A DNA stretch of 64,000 bases, taken from contig OZ024743.1 of the NCBI GenBank assembly GCA_964016885.1, positions 68,262,001 through 68,326,000 on the forward strand, read 5' to 3'. The DNA is from Eledone cirrhosa. Its lineage: Eukaryota. The translations under genes and the position numbers were made by a program. Below, one piece after another: positions 23,995-38,789 of this stretch (within the stretch, counting starts at the first letter, position 1; every line of letters begins with the position of its first letter). The notes below the pieces were generated by a model, which worked only from the letters and a program-made list of their open reading frames with translations, was not told the origin of the DNA and made no database searches.

Positions 23995-26900
23995 GAGTCT
24001 GAACTGATGGCTTTTTGCTCGCTCTCGTAAGTTTATTTATTTACCTGTCAAACTTATTTATTGCATTTTTTGTTGCTGTGTAAGGCATACATACAAGCCC
24101 TTGGACTTTGACCTGTAATATTTGGGTTTTTTGGTCCAAATATTTGAACTCTTTTACATTTTAAAAAAATTATCGAAAAAAAAAAAAAAAAATGGCTAAG
24201 CCACGCCCCCCAGCGATATGTCTGCTGCCGTGCGGTAACGACATAAAAGTTGAGAGGAGCGCTACGGCGAAATTAACAGAAATTGATAACACAAACACCA
24301 CCACAAACAATGTCAACAAAGACAGCAATGATAATAACACTGAGAACTCTATTTTTGAAAAATATGACAGTAACAGCGACAACGAAAATACAGATAACAG
24401 AAAAAATTACAAATGCAACAACAATATCAACACCACTAACATGGAAACAAATAGCGACAACAACAACAGCAACAATACTAACTGCACCGAGAACAACGGA
24501 GGCACTAAAGAACAATGATAACAGCGACAGTGATAACAACAATAACCCCAACGACAACAAGAAGAACACTTTCGCTGCTGCAGCAGCCAAATAGAGACCG
24601 TGCTTCCACATGGACCTCTCAAACAAAGATGAAAAGTTGGCTGAGGCCTGGAAACACTTCAAGCAAGAGAAAACCTGGGCCAACTTAACTGTCCCGGTAG
24701 AAGCTATTGAGGCAGTGGAGCGCAGAACGGTCCATTATAGATGCATCTCAGCAGAAACCAAAAGGGCAGCTTTAATTCCACAAGCAGATGTTGAAGTTGC
24801 GCTGAGGTGCATCATAGATGACACCGAATACATAGCGATGGGCAGACAGTACTGCACCATTTCAGTGCTGTTTAAGTCAGAAGCCCTCGCTATGAAACAT
24901 GCTTTGACTCCTTGCAAAACCAGCAAGGTCATAATGTGGAAAAAAAAGGCCCGTCTCCGCATTCCCAGAATCCCACCAGGACTTGATATGTGGTGGCTTC
25001 TGGAATGTGTGATTGTGGAGGGGACGGATACCGTCCCGATAGAAGTGACAAGAACTGCCAGAGAGGACGGGTCCGGGGTTGACCTGGAGATACTTCTCCA
25101 GATCAGGCCCGAGAATGTGAAGACAATCCCGGACCACATCCGCCTTCAGAATGGGACGGTCATTCATATTATGACTGAGGGCAAAAGGCAGCATTTTTTT
25201 ATTTGTGGGGAAAAAACACATTTGCGAGCCTTCTGCCCTCAATTGCTGAAGGATGTAAGGGGTCGAAGGGCTCCACTGCTGCCGACGCCGTGGCGAGGAC
25301 CACAACCAACATCAGGACCGGCAAAACCACCAGCAACAACACCAATAGAAAGAACACCACCAACATTGACCACCCAGCGGGGAAACGTGTAAAGTTGTCA
25401 AATCCCCCCCCCCCCAACAAAAAATACACACACCAATAAAAACATAAACACACACAGACACACTTACATACACAGACCCCTCATCTACCAGTAGTGAAGA
25501 TGAGGGAAAACCAAAATCCCCCAAAATACAAAAAAGGAAACACAAAAAGAAAAAAAAAACTCAACAAAGCACACAATCACCCATTATAAAAAATGCAGAC
25601 ACCACCCACGCAAACATCTCCCCAATAACATCAACATCAATATCACCATCACCCTCACCAGAATCTCCCAAACGTAAACAACCTAAACAGACGCAAGAAC
25701 AAATACACACACAAACATCTGAAACCACAGAGACCGCACTCACAACAAACAGAGATACAACCGAAACATCACCATCAAAACCATCACCACCACAGGCCCG
25801 CAAACAAAAAAAACCACACCAACAAAACATACAAAACTTCGTGCTCGTCAGGATGGCCAACAAGGAACTGATGGCCCTCGTAGTACGAAGTGAAGATATA
25901 TAAAAAGAGGGGAAATATTTAAATCGACCACCTTTCTCGTGCCGGATGATTTGTTTCTGGTGCGAATGTCGCTCGATTTATACAAAAAGATACGAGACAT
26001 ATTTCCTCGGGACGTGGGAATCCCGAACGAAAAACCCACTTCAAGACTTTTAAAGGGGTTCCCAAAAGAAACCCCACCATCTATGGAGGTCGAACCACCC
26101 GACCTTCACAAGAACCCGGAAGGTAAGTAAACCTTTCCTCTCTCTCTTTTAACCTGGCAACATGGCCGAATTAAGAGTAGGAAGTTTAAATGTTCGAGGC
26201 CTTGGAACGTCCTGAAAGCAGGGACACCTGCTTAACGACCTCAGGTTTCTAGAAATAGATGTAATTGCCGTCAACGAGACCAGGATTTCCGACACGCGCG
26301 CACTAGCACCCATTTTCGACGACTATCAGATCTTTGCATCTGTTAGTCCGCCGGGAATGGGAGGCGAGGTGGCAGAGCTGTTTAGGAAAGGTTTGGATCT
26401 CGAGGTAAGGTCGATCGTCCGGGACTCGGTCGAGAAGTTGGTGGTCCTGGACGTGAATAATAACGAAGGTGGTGCCTTTAGACCGGTGGCCGTCTACGCC
26501 CCTACAGGGGAAGCACGGCCAGAATTCTTTAGACGCCTGGAAGCCTTTTTGGGTACGTCTCGCCCTTTACTGTTAGCGGGGGACTGGAACGGCATCTTAG
26601 ACTCACGCTGGGACTGTGTGTGAGTAGCCGATAGGAGCGGGGGGTGCAAAAGTCTCAAGAACCTGATCAGCCAGTTCCAACTGTCGGACAGGTACCGACT
26701 AGATTTCCCTAATGCGCCAGTGTGGACCTGCACTAACCGCATAGGGTCATCTAGATCGTATATAGACAGGATATTCATTAGGAAAATAGACAGAAATAGT
26801 GTAAGCTGTCCAATTTTAAAACGGTCGCCTATTCAGATAACAAGTTTGTGATCTGTATGGTCGACCTAGATAAGGACCGTAGGTTAGAACCTTGTTACTG

Positions 26901-29848
26901 GAAGCTACACATGCCATTTCCGGCACGTAAGGTTTACAGGGATGAGGTCAAAAATTTAGTTAAGAAAAAGTTAACAGGGGGAGTCGTCAACAATAGAAGG
27001 TGGGGGGGGGGTCTCAAAAGAGAGATTAGAGCAATGTCGATAGAGTTTAGCAAATAAGTATCGTTAGAAAGAAATAGAAAGGAGCGGGAGTTAGTAGATG
27101 AGTTAGACGAGGCTATTGGTAATGACATTGCGGCGAGAATGGCATTAGACCATTTCTTCAATGCGAAACACGAAGGTTTCATTGTCAAAGCTAGGGCACG
27201 TGCTCTGAGAAACGAGGGAACCAGAGCTGTTCGATGGGCCCGCGTGGCAGAGGCGCAGGGTGGTAATAAAACCACGATTCGGTCTTTGACTGACCGAGAC
27301 GGACACGAGATGAGCGATTCCAAGCGGATGTGTGAGGCCTTTCGCAAACATGTTGCTCGGTTGTTCGGGGGAAGTGGCGGGTCAGAGACGGTGGCGGATT
27401 TCAGACACTACCTCGATGGCTTGCTGCAACGCTCGACGGCCGACGCTGGGCGCTGCGAAAGGCCGATTACTTCAGCCGAGATTCAGGATGCCCTTGTCGG
27501 CTGCATGAGGCGCGAGTGACCCGGTTTGGATGGTCTGCCCTACGAGCTTTACGTAAATATGCCAGACTTGTTCTCCAATCTCCTCGAAGGGCTCTACTGC
27601 AACTGGCAGCATAACGGGAACATTCCCAGTTCTGTGAGCCGGGGAGTGGTGACGCTGATAAGGAAAGACGAGAATAAGAGGGACACATTAGACAATTTCA
27701 GGCCCATAACACTGCTCAACTCAGAGTTTAAGATTTTGGCCAATTTGTTAGCGAAGAGGTTGGCCCTTGTCGTCGGCGAACTTGCGCAATCCCAACCAGG
27801 TCCATACACGACAACCTCCACCTAATGTGATAGATTACAGAGAGCTTAGGGTGTAAACCTGGCTTCGGTGGGGCTCTGATCAATTTAGATCAATCGAAAG
27901 CATTCAATAGCGTCGACCATCTGTATCTGGAGGCTGTCCTCAAGGTGGCTGGCTTCGGCCCCGTCTTTAGAAGCTGGATCGCTGTAATGCACAGCGGCAC
28001 ATGCTCGGTGGTCAAAATTAATGGCCACCTCTCGGAACCGGTTCAAGTCTCCCGATCGTTCCGTCAAAGGTGCACTCTCTCCTCCCTTCTGTACGTATTG
28101 ACTCTCGAACCTTTACTGCGGAAGATTGAGCTGTTGCAGGGCATCCCGCTAGAACCGGAACGCGGAAAGGCTGTGTCGATTTATGCGGACGACATCACCG
28201 TGATGGTGTCGGACACATCAGAAATCGAGGTGGTTGGCAACTTATTGGAGGAATATGAAAGGTTGACGGGAGCAAAACTTAACCCGGAAAAGTCGGTGGG
28301 CTTGCAACTCGGCACCTGGGGGGAAAGTACATGACGCCCAACAGCGTCGTTAGGCAGTGGACGGACGGACCGGTAAAGTTGCTCGGGTTTTAGTTCGGGC
28401 TAGACCTCCAGATGGATAATAATTGGGACGAGGTGACGGGCAGGCTAGCCAGTCTCACCCAGAAATGGGCTGGGCGGAAGCTATCACCGAAAGGTCGGGT
28501 GGAGGTGACGAATGCGTACATCGCGTCTGTCATCTACTACCGTCTGACCGTCGTCCCTTTCCCCTGTTCGCGGCCTCGCCATCTTGGAGCGGCTCCTCTT
28601 CAAATTCTTGTGGAGGAGTCAGGTTCCGCTTGTGAGGCGGTCCATCTGCTGCCAGTACCCTCTATGTGGAGGGCTGGGCATGCCGTGGCTAATATTGTGC
28701 AGACACGCGCCGAGGCTGCGGATTCTCCAGATATTCTTCCTAAGCGGTGAACATATCTGGTCGCCGTTTGTGAGACAGGCCTTTCCGCAGCTCGTTCCTT
28801 TGACTGAGCTGTAGTCCTGTGTCAAGAAGAGACTGAGACTGGGTGATTGGCATCTGGAATGTTGCCAGGCACTCACTGCCCTCTACCAGGCGGGCAATGC
28901 GGTCAGTGGAACTTCCACTCTCGAGTTCTATAGAGGATTAGTGGTGGGAAAGTGCGACGACGCACTCGGAGAGGCTCTGGGAGTCGACGAGGTCGAACTA
29001 TCCAGTTTGCTCCAGAGGAATTTCGAGCCGGGGACGATGGATAATTTCCAAAAGTCCCTCGCTTAGCAGTGCTACCGGTGGGCACTGCCGGTGCGAGATA
29101 AACTCTACAGGCACGGAAGTGCTGTCAGACGGACCTGCCCGAGATGCGCACAGAGCGACGAAACCGTTCTGCACGCACTCGTCCAGTGTCTGTGCATTAC
29201 TGACTTCTGGAGTTATGTCGAACAGCTGTTGTCGCGTGTAGAACGGATCCGGCTATCGGCCGAGTCCATAGTGAAGATTAACCCGCCGCCTTCTTTTGGT
29301 CAGGTAGGGCAGGACATTTTCCTCAGTCTGGTGGCAGTAGCGAAAGAGGTTGTATGGTGGACCAGGTTGAAAGAACTGAAGACAGACACCTTTCTCTTAG
29401 GCTAATCTCTCATCAACTTCTCAAGTTTCACCTGGAAAGGAAGGCGAGGGTGGAGAGAGAAGTGTTGCCCCCCAGTACATTTACTAAAAGGTGGATGAAT
29501 GTGGCGAGAATGGCTCGTGTGAATGGGTCTACTCTGACCATGCGGCTATAGGTTAGCTAACTTGAGGAGAGGGGTGCTCTCCCTGGGTGCCCTAGAAGCG
29601 CAGAGTGGTTCAGGATTGGTGACGTACCCCAGTCACCCCAGGGTCGTCCACCTCCTATCGGGGAATTTATTTTGTTATATTTATGCATAGTTTATTTTAT
29701 ATTTTCATATCATCATTGTTAAATTAGTCTTGCTATTGTGCACTTTTACTCGACCTTATTGTAAACCCCCACTGTCCCTGTCTTTGTATTGTCCCCTACA
29801 TGTCGGCCCTTGTGGCTAATAAATGAAATCATTATTATTATTATTATT
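23995..29848 (+). mobile_element. Tx1-like LINE, copy 2; near full length, multiply disrupted, (ATT)n tail
   Basis: ORF1 remnants (FICGEKTHLRAFCP at ~25200). ORF2 runs from ATG 26162 to 29551 in pieces (LLAGDWN, FRPITLLN, IYADD, CPRC...HALVQC). 3' end AATAAATGAAATC(ATT)n. Confidence 0.9.
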
Positions 29849-29989
29849 TGCATTTATCTTGCTTTAGGTTCATACGAGTTATCACCAACTCACAACCAGT
29901 GACCTCAAGAGACAACAAGGTCCGCCATGTTCAAGAAAGAACATACATACACACACATGCATATTTAGGTGTTTAGACTTGTGATGTAC

Positions 29990-30582
29990 TTATATTGACA
30001 GAATCCTCATTAGTATATGGGCAGTTCCCATTAGTACTTTTACCTGCTTTGCTTTTTCTGTGTTTTCCATTTCAGCAGTAAATGGGACTTCTGAAATTTG
30101 TAGTCCATTACTGTATCTTTGTGCATCTTTTGTAATGGAGTATGATCTTTTGATGCTTTCGTGTTTCAAAACGAGTTTGATCATCCAATCATGTGATTCC
30201 CTTACATATGTAGATAATCCAATTGTTGCAGTTTTCAACGCAATATCTAACTGGATTAACCCACGTCCTCCTTCTTTCCTAGGGAGATATATTCTATCTG
30301 TATCTGCCTTAGGGTGATGCATTCTGTGCATGGTTAAGAATTTTCTAATTTTTGTATCGAGCCTACGGATCTCTGTGACTAACCAGTTGATGACATTGTA
30401 ACTGTAGGTTACTACTGGTATGGCAAGCGTGTTTATGGCATCGATCCTATTCCTTGCATTCAATTCCGTACTTAAGATTGCTCTAACTCTGCGGTAACAT
30501 TCCTTCCTTATCCTTTCCCTCATTGTCGAGTGCTTGATTCCGTCTCCTTCACAAACACCTAGATATTTGTACATTTCATCTT
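29990..30582 (-). mobile_element. R4/Dong-clade RT C-terminal fragment abutting a (TAA)n tract
   Basis: YKYLGV...RRVRAILSTELNARN..AINT.AIPV.TYS...MHHPKADTDRIYLPRKEGGRGL. (ATT)n at 30584-30661. Confidence 0.88.
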
Positions 30583-30583
30583 G

Positions 30584-30661
<78 letters not shown>

Positions 30662-33600
30662 GGCGACCTACGTAGGAAATCGTATTATCGTGAGCTCCGA
30701 AAAACTTTGTTGTTTTCAGTTGTTTAAAATTGCCATTTATGGAACATTTTTATTGTTGACTGTATATAAGTGCACATACATTGTTTTCTGAAAAGGACAC
30801 TCAAAAAGATTGGGGCCTTGAGCCCAAAATTTAAACTTTTATAATTATCAAACAAACGTTTCTTTGAAAAAAATAATGGACGTCTCACAGTCACACCTTC
30901 CGCACAAACTAACACCTCACACCGACACCACCATTGTAAATATTACTAGGTTTGCCAACACTAAAAATATAAGCAGTAGCAATATTTTAAATTTGTCTCA
31001 TGCAGACATTCATTTCCCGCCATTACCAATGAGTGCAGGTGTTGAAGCCGCCACCCCCACCAGCACCACAGCGTCAACAGAAACAAAAGAAAAAAATAAA
31101 TTATCTCGTGACATCGAAATGGATTCACCCAGAATGGACTCTTCCACACCGAACACCACTGACGCCACCACCACCACAACTGAAACTAAAAATAACAATA
31201 ACAAAAATAACAATAACAATAACAGCAAAGACAACAATGAGAATAACATCGTATCATTTGCGAAGGCAGCCAAAAAATGCGAAACAATCCAGGTAAATCA
31301 GGAGGAATTAGATGAAAGCCTAGAGAATGATAAAGAAAGATGGGTATAGGGTCAGCAAAATAAAATGGAGCATCGGCGCCTATGCAGTGTCTTATCGGAT
31401 GATTAACCTAAAATCGCGCTGAGTGGAACGGGCATCCGACTCCCAAATCCCAAAAGCTTTGGGTCATGTGTGGGCAAAAAAATCCCACATCAGACGTGGG
31501 CAGAAATATGGAACCGTGGACGTGTTCTTTGGAACACCACAGGAGGCCAGAGAACAATCCATGGCCCCATTAAGAAGTGACGACTTCACACTCGTCCCAA
31601 GATATTGTGGCCAGAGACTCGTGAAGATCAGGGTGACCCAGGTTCCAACGGCCATCGAAATTCCCTGGCTAATGGCTGCCGTCCTCGCCGGCATCGAGGC
31701 CAACACCAAGATAATCGAAATAGCAAAAGAAAAGCAGGAGAACTGGTCCGGATCTGGGATGGAGCTCCTGATCCAAGCACCCCAAAAAGCATTGAGGCGA
31801 TCCCAGAGATAATAAACCTCACTGACGGTAGCCACCTCACCGTAATCGTCGAGGGCAGAAGGCCTAGGTGTGTCGTTTGTGGTGAAGGAACCCACGTAAG
31901 GGCTTTCTGCCCTCAGGCTAAACGGTTGAGGCCACCTCTCTTACCCACCCTGTGACTCAACAATAAACACCACCAGCAGCAGATATGGCAGCAACAACTG
32001 TAGCAGCAATAACAGAAGCAACTGTAACAGCAACAACCCCAGCAACAGTAGCAAAACCAACACCACCACTACCCAACGCGCCAGAACTAGCACCAGCGCC
32101 TACACCATCCACCACGCCACAACCAAAACCAACGCATTTGAAGGATTTTCCACTCCCCAACCTATCGCAACTGGAGACAGATTGTGACGACGAGGAGTGG
32201 GAAACGGTATCAGGAAAAAATAAAAAAAGAAAAAGAAGACAAAAAAGAAAAATATCCTCTTCCTTCCCCCTCCAAAAACAAAATACAGAGGGAAACAAAT
32301 AAACTATCAAACAAAAAAAGTTAGGACAGCTATGCCACCATTCACACCAGCATCACCAACCCCATCACCACAAACACCAACACAATCACCATCATTAACA
32401 ACAACACCACCATCACCAACACCACAAAAGTCACCAAAAAGCGAAAAGTAACAAACCCACAACAAACGCAAACAAAACAACCAAAATGATACAACTACAC
32501 AGCATTAAATTTGAACAACAACCAATTATTACACTACATCCAACAAAACACCAGCATCACAGAAAAAGACTACACAACACCCCAAAAGTTCACACCTCCT
32601 CCACAGATACAAATCACTCGCATCACACAGAAAACGTACACGACACTAAAACAAAAATTCCCCAAAGCCATCGGAGACTTCCGACAAGCACTCTCCAGGA
32701 GGATTTATAACGACATCCTTCCTGAGGAGGCCACAAGCAATGAAAAGGATGGAAAAACCATCCTTCCTCTACGAGAAGTAAGGTAAGTGGTCTTTCCCAT
32801 CTTTTCCACTCCATTTCAACATGACCTCACTCAGAATAGGCAGCATAAATGCGCATGGCTTGGGGTCGTCATGGAAGCAGGGCCACCTGCTCAACGACCT
32901 CAGGTCACTAAACATAGATGTAGTGGCCATCAGCGAGACCAGAATCTCCGAAGCACGGTCCTTCGCACCGACCTTCGGCGGCTACGATGTGTACGCATCT
33001 CTCAGCCGTCCTGAATCGGGGGTGGAGTTGCTGTGATTTTTCGGAGAGGTTTGGATCTCGCCATACGAGCCATCTTCCTTGACCCAGAAGGTAAGTTGGT
33101 GGTGTTAGACGTGACCAGCGGAGACGGGCAAGCTTTCAGACTAGTGGCCGTCTATGCCCCAACAGGAGCAGGGCGGCCTGATTTATTCCGGCGTCTGGAG
33201 ACCTTTCTTGGAAAGTCCCGCTCTTTAGTGTTAGTGGGCGGCTGGAACGGGATCTTAGATGCACGCTGGGACTGTGTGAAATTAGCGGATAGGGGAGGAG
33301 GGTGCAAGAGCCTCACCAACCTGCTCAGGCGTTTTGAACTGTCTGACAGGTACCGATTGGATTTCACGAATATGCCAATGTGGACTTGGACAAACCGCAT
33401 AGGGTCATCCAGATCATATCTAGATAGAGTATTTTGTAGGGAAATAGATAGATTTAGTAAGGCTTTAGCAATAGAGAAAAATACAGCAGAGGGACAACTA
33501 GTTAGAAAATTAGACGAGGCGCTTAGCAAAGGAATCGCGACTGACGTACTTGCGGCGAAATTGGCCCATGACCAATTCTTCAATGCAAAGCACGAACGCT

Positions 33601-36188
33601 GCGTTGTCAGAGCTAGGGTGCGTACTCTCAGACACGAGGGGACGAAAGCCGTTCAGTGGGCCCGAGTGGCAGAGGCGCATCATGGCAACAAAGCCACGAT
33701 CCGGTCTTTGGTGGACCACGACGGGCGCATGCTACTCGATCCCAGGCAAATGTGTGAAGCGTTTCAGCGACACTTCGCTCAGCTGTTCGGGGGCAGCGGC
33801 GGGCCGTATCGAGTGATGGACTTTAGTGTCTACCTCGACGAACTGCCGCGGATATCAGCCACTGAACTACGGGAGGAAATAACTGGCTGCGCAAGGGGTA
33901 AATCGCCTGGTTTGGATGGTCTGCCCTATGAACTTTACGTACAGATGCCAGACTTGTTCGGAGGACTCTTGGCGGTCGTCTACTGCAACTGGCAACAGAA
34001 CGGGAGAATTCCCAGCTCTGTGAGCCGAGGAGCGGTGGCGCTGCTGAGAGAGGATCCGAACAAGGGGGATAACATAGATAATTTCAGGCCCATAACTCTG
34101 CTAAACACAGAATTCAAGATTTTGGCCAAGGTGCTAGCAAAGAGGTTGGCGCTTATCGTTGGTGGTCTGGTGGGAGAGGCGCAGACATGCGCCATTCCCG
34201 ACAGATCCATCCACGACAACCTCCACCTCATGCGATACATCGTAGAGAGGGTAGCCAGGGAACCTGGTACGGGTGGGTCCTTGATCAATTTAGATCAGTC
34301 GAAAGCTTTCGAAAGGGTCGACCATCGTTACCTAGCGGCTGTCCTGGGGGCGGCTGGCTGTGGGCCTCTCTTCAGAGGCTGGATCGCTGCTATGCACAGC
34401 GACATCTGCTCTGTGGTGAGAGTGAACGGTCACCTTTCGGAACCGTTCAACATCATGCGCTCGGTCCGCCAAGGATGTCTCCTCTCGTCCCTCTTGTACG
34501 TATTGACTCTCGAGCCATTACTGCACAAACTGGAGACGTTGAAGGGAATCCCGCGCGAACTAGGACGCGGAAGATCCGTGTCAGCATATGCGGACTTTCT
34601 CACCGTAGTGGTGTCGAACGCCAAGCACATCGAGGCGATCGGCACTACACTAAGAGATTACGAAGCGGTGACAGGAGCAATGATCAACCAGAACAAGTCA
34701 GTGGGCCTCCAGCTCGGCACCTGGAGAGGCAGGTCCATGCCGTCCATCAGCATCGTCGGGCGCTGGACGGACGGACCAGTTAAGTTGCTCGGGGTCTGGT
34801 TCGGTCCGGATCTCCAGACGGACAAAAACTGGGACGAGGTGACGAGCAGGGTGGCTTCTCTCACCCAGAAATGGGCCGAGAGGAAGCTATCCCTGAGAGG
34901 TCGAGCGGGGGTGGCTAACGCGTATATCGCGTCCGTCATCTACTACCGCCTGACCATCGTACCTTGTCCTAAGCCCCGCCTGACTGAGCTGGAGCGTTTG
35001 CTCTTTCGCTTTTTGTGGAAGGGACGCGCTCCGATTGTCAGGCGGTCCATCTGCTGTCAACACCCGCTTCGTGGAGGGCTGGGAATGCCGTGACTGAAGA
35101 TGCGCAGACTCGCGCTCAGGCTACGACATCTCTACCTCTTCGCGACTGTGATCAGGTGTGGTCTCCGTTTGCTAGACGCGTCTTTCCCCTGCTCGTCTCC
35201 TTGACGGAGCTGCAGTCCTGGGTCAAGCGAAGACCGAGAGGGAGCGCTTGGAGACTGGAATGTCTTCAGGCGCACACAGCCCTCGACCAATCGGGCAATG
35301 TGTTCGTTGGAAACTCCACCTTGGCGTTCTATAGAGGATTAGTGGAGGGGAAGAGCAACGACGTACTTGGGGAAACTCTAGGCGTCGACGAAAATCAACT
35401 AGTCAATCTCTTCGGAAGAACTTTCGGGCCGGGGCCTATGGACAACTTCCAGAAATACTTGGCCTGGCAGTGCTACCGAGGAGCTTTGCCAGTTCGGGAT
35501 AAACTCTACAGGTATGGAGGTGCCGTCAGCCGGGCATGTCCGAGATGCGCGCAGGGCGACGAAACCGTCCTGTACGCACTCGTCCAGTGTCCGAGCTTTT
35601 CTGACTTGTGGGTTTATGTCGAACACCTGCTGTCGCGTGTGGGATGGATCCAGCTATCAGCTGAGTTCATCGTGAGGATTGCCCCGCCCTCTTCTTTTAG
35701 CCGCGAAGGGCAGGCAATTTTTATCTGTCTGGTGGCCATGGCGAAAGAGATAGTATGGTGGACACGTTTGAAAGGGCTGAAGACGAGCACTTACCACTTC
35801 GGTGATGCCCTGATTAACTTTTTCAATTTCATTTGAAAAGGAAAATCAGGGTAGAGAGGGAAGTGCTCTCTTCGCAGCATTTTGTTGAAAGATGGGTGAG
35901 AGAGGCAAGAATGGCGAGTGAATGGGCCTACTCTGAGTATGTGTCTGTAAATTAAAGGTGGAAAACTGGGAGAGGGTCACTGTGGCTTGTTAATGGGCTT
36001 TCTCCACGAATGTCCCTCGGAAGTCTCCTCCCTATTGGGGAATTTTTTCATTGTTCTATTATTACATCCTCTGTTTCTTGTTTTTTACACGCAGAAATGC
36101 CCATTTGTACCGCCCTGTATTGTCCTGTACTGTCCTTAATGTTTACTTTATGTAGACCCTTGTGGTTAATAAAGAAAGCATTATTATT
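30662..36188 (+). mobile_element. Tx1-like LINE, copy 3; flanked by (ATT)n, disrupted
   Basis: ORF1 remnants (CVVCGEGTHVRAFCP). ORF2 runs from ATG 32821 through ORFs 33033-35093 and 35015-35836, with an internal deletion after the endonuclease. 3' end AATAAAGAAAGC(ATT)3. Confidence 0.9.
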
Positions 36189-36343
36189 GTTCTTTGAGTC
36201 TTAGTCATTGATGTTAGTTAACTGGAAAGTTTGTTGTAATGAATATCAAGCCACTACCTGCAGCCTCAGATATTCAGGACGTATCGGAGGGTTCTTACTG
36301 TTCCCAGCAAGCATGCCTTGTGAAGCGTTCCAAAAAGCGTGGC

Positions 36344-36396
<53 letters not shown>

Positions 36397-36783
36397 ATTG
36401 TTATTGTTCTTTGAGTCTCAGTCATTGATGTTATTTAACTAGAAAGTTTATTGAAATCAATATCAAGCAGTTACCTCTAGCCTCAGATATTCAGGATGTA
36501 TTGGAGAGTTCTTGCTGTTCCCAGCAAGCATGCATTTTGAAGTATTCCAAAAAGCGGGGCTGGTGTAATCTTCTTAACCTTCCTTGGAAACTCTTTCAGA
36601 TAGTACCTAGTGCGCATATGACAATCGGGACGACCTTGATTTCATGGCAGTTCCATATCCTTTTTAATTCCCACTTTAAATTCTGGTATCGGTTAATTTC
36701 TCCCTCTCCTTTTCAAGCTGTCTCGTGTCAAATGGGCAGGCTACATCTACAATTAGGCACGATCATTTTTCTTGTCCAAAACC
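36189..36783 (-). mobile_element. Two tandem 3' fragments of an R4/Dong-type element separated by (TAA)n
   Basis: Minus strand reads LIVDVACPFDTR...YQNLKWELKRIW...KVVPIVICALG and LHKACLLGTVRTLRYVLNI*. The 3' UTR is duplicated at ~36189-36345 and ~36405-36560. Confidence 0.82.
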
Positions 36784-36804
36784 ATTATTACCATTATTAT
36801 TATT

Positions 36805-36875
<71 letters not shown>

Positions 36876-37297
36876 CTTGTGAAATACCAAACCCAGCATG
36901 GAATCATTGAAGTGTGTCAGGCGGAGGGACAGCTTATGGCGAGTGTGACAGCAACTATTGGCCAGAATTTAGGATGACGTAGAAAATCAACAGCCAACAG
37001 CAGGACAAGCGAGGAAGATGTTTTTTTACGCTAACACCCCAGTGAGAAAATTTGATCCGAAATCATTGCAAGTGTCCGACGAACCTGCAGGACCAGAATC
37101 AGACAGATCCATACAATGATCGTGTCTCGAGCAATCTGCCGGCGAAACAATTGTAACACATAATAAATTGAGTTCTGATGCATCACTGATTTTTCGTCTT
37201 ATATTATATCACACTCTGCTCTGTAAGAACATAGAGTGCTGAACTGGCATACCGCCTATGGAAGCATCTTAGCTACCGTCAGACACACATATATATA

Positions 37298-37364
<67 letters not shown>

Positions 37365-37537
37365 ATATGTATATATAATAAATTTAATATAGAAATAGCC
37401 TCTACTGGATTAGTTGTATACACTCTACTAATGTACTGAGTACCTTAATTACTGTGTTTACCCCGATTGAACCAGACTCTCTCTCTCCCTCCTCACACAC
37501 ATACATACACCCACAGACACATACACACACACACACA

Positions 37538-37589
<52 letters not shown>

Positions 37590-37601
37590 TACACACTCAC
37601 T

Positions 37602-37644
<43 letters not shown>

Positions 37645-38326
37645 GTGTCTGTCGTTTAATGCATTAGTCCTACGCTTTCAAAAACACTCTCAATAAGTAG
37701 CAACATTATATAAACTTAACTTCCGAGGAGATAATTCTTATAGCATTATCGATACACTTCCTTTCTTAAATACCAAGTTATTATGTTGAATAATGATCTA
37801 TTGGTCTTATCAAGTAACATCTCAAATGTAATATATATTTATTAAATATAGAAATAGCTTCAACAGAACTAGAAATGTTTTGTCTGGTAGGAATTCGTCA
37901 GAATGATTTCATACGAATGGAACGGTTCGAGTCTTGTAGAAGCGACTCTTTTATATTTCTTTTTCTTTTTCTTTTTTAATTATGATGTTTACACTCTACT
38001 AATATTTTAAATATCATTTTAACAGTCGCTGCCCTCGATTACACTCTGGATAAATGGAAAAAATGAAACGAAATTTCATTTCCCCCTCTTAGTACGGCTG
38101 TTACTTAAATATAAGTATGTACACATACATACATATATGTATACAAACGTACAGTAGTATGTATATATATATATACATACATGCACACATATATATATGT
38201 ATGTATGGATTCACCGAAGATTTATTATAATGCTCGGTGTGTTTGTAAACAAACATCCCGTATTAAGCCGTAGTGTCTAGCAACCATCGTTGCTCGTTTG
38301 TTCAACACTGACAAAGAACAAAGGAA

Positions 38327-38367
38327 CGCTGTACTAGTTTCAAGCTTATTAGCTATCGTCAGCAACG
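38327..38367 (-). ncRNA. Minimal type I hammerhead, palindromic CUAG stem III
   Basis: Minus strand: CGTTG-CTGACGA-T AGCT AATA AGCT T-GAAA-CTAG-TA-CAGCG. Confidence 0.88.
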
Positions 38368-38748
38368 TATACATTCCTGCCAGATTGTTGAACGTATATA
38401 CTTACCTTATGCATATTAATGGCTGAGTAGCCCAATTTTCATATCGAGTGGGTTAATCGGCCGGGTGCACCGAAAACGATAAGCGGATAAAATGAAACGA
38501 AATTTCATTTCCCACTCTTAGTACGGTTGTTACTTAAATATAAGTATGTACACGGACATATATATATATGTATACAGACGTACAGTAGTATGTATATATA
38601 TATATATACATGCACACATATATATATGTACGTATGAATGCACCGAACATTTATTATAATGCTCTGTGTGTTTGTAAACAAACATCCCGTATTAAGCCGT
38701 AGTGTCTAGCAACCATCGTTGCTCGTTTGTTCAACACTGACAAAGGAA

Positions 38749-38789
38749 CGCTGTACTAGTTTCAAGCTTATTAGCTATCGTCAGCAACA
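38749..38789 (-). ncRNA. Minimal type I hammerhead, second tandem copy
   Basis: Minus strand: TGTTG-CTGACGA-TAGCTAATAAGCTT-GAAA-CTAG-TA-CAGCG. Confidence 0.88.

Noticed and set aside
37868-37905. Minus-strand CTGACGA...AAAA-CATT-TC in a small fold-back element
   Set aside because: GAAA is mutated and no stem I partner is visible. It is probably a decayed HHR but cannot be supported from this copy.
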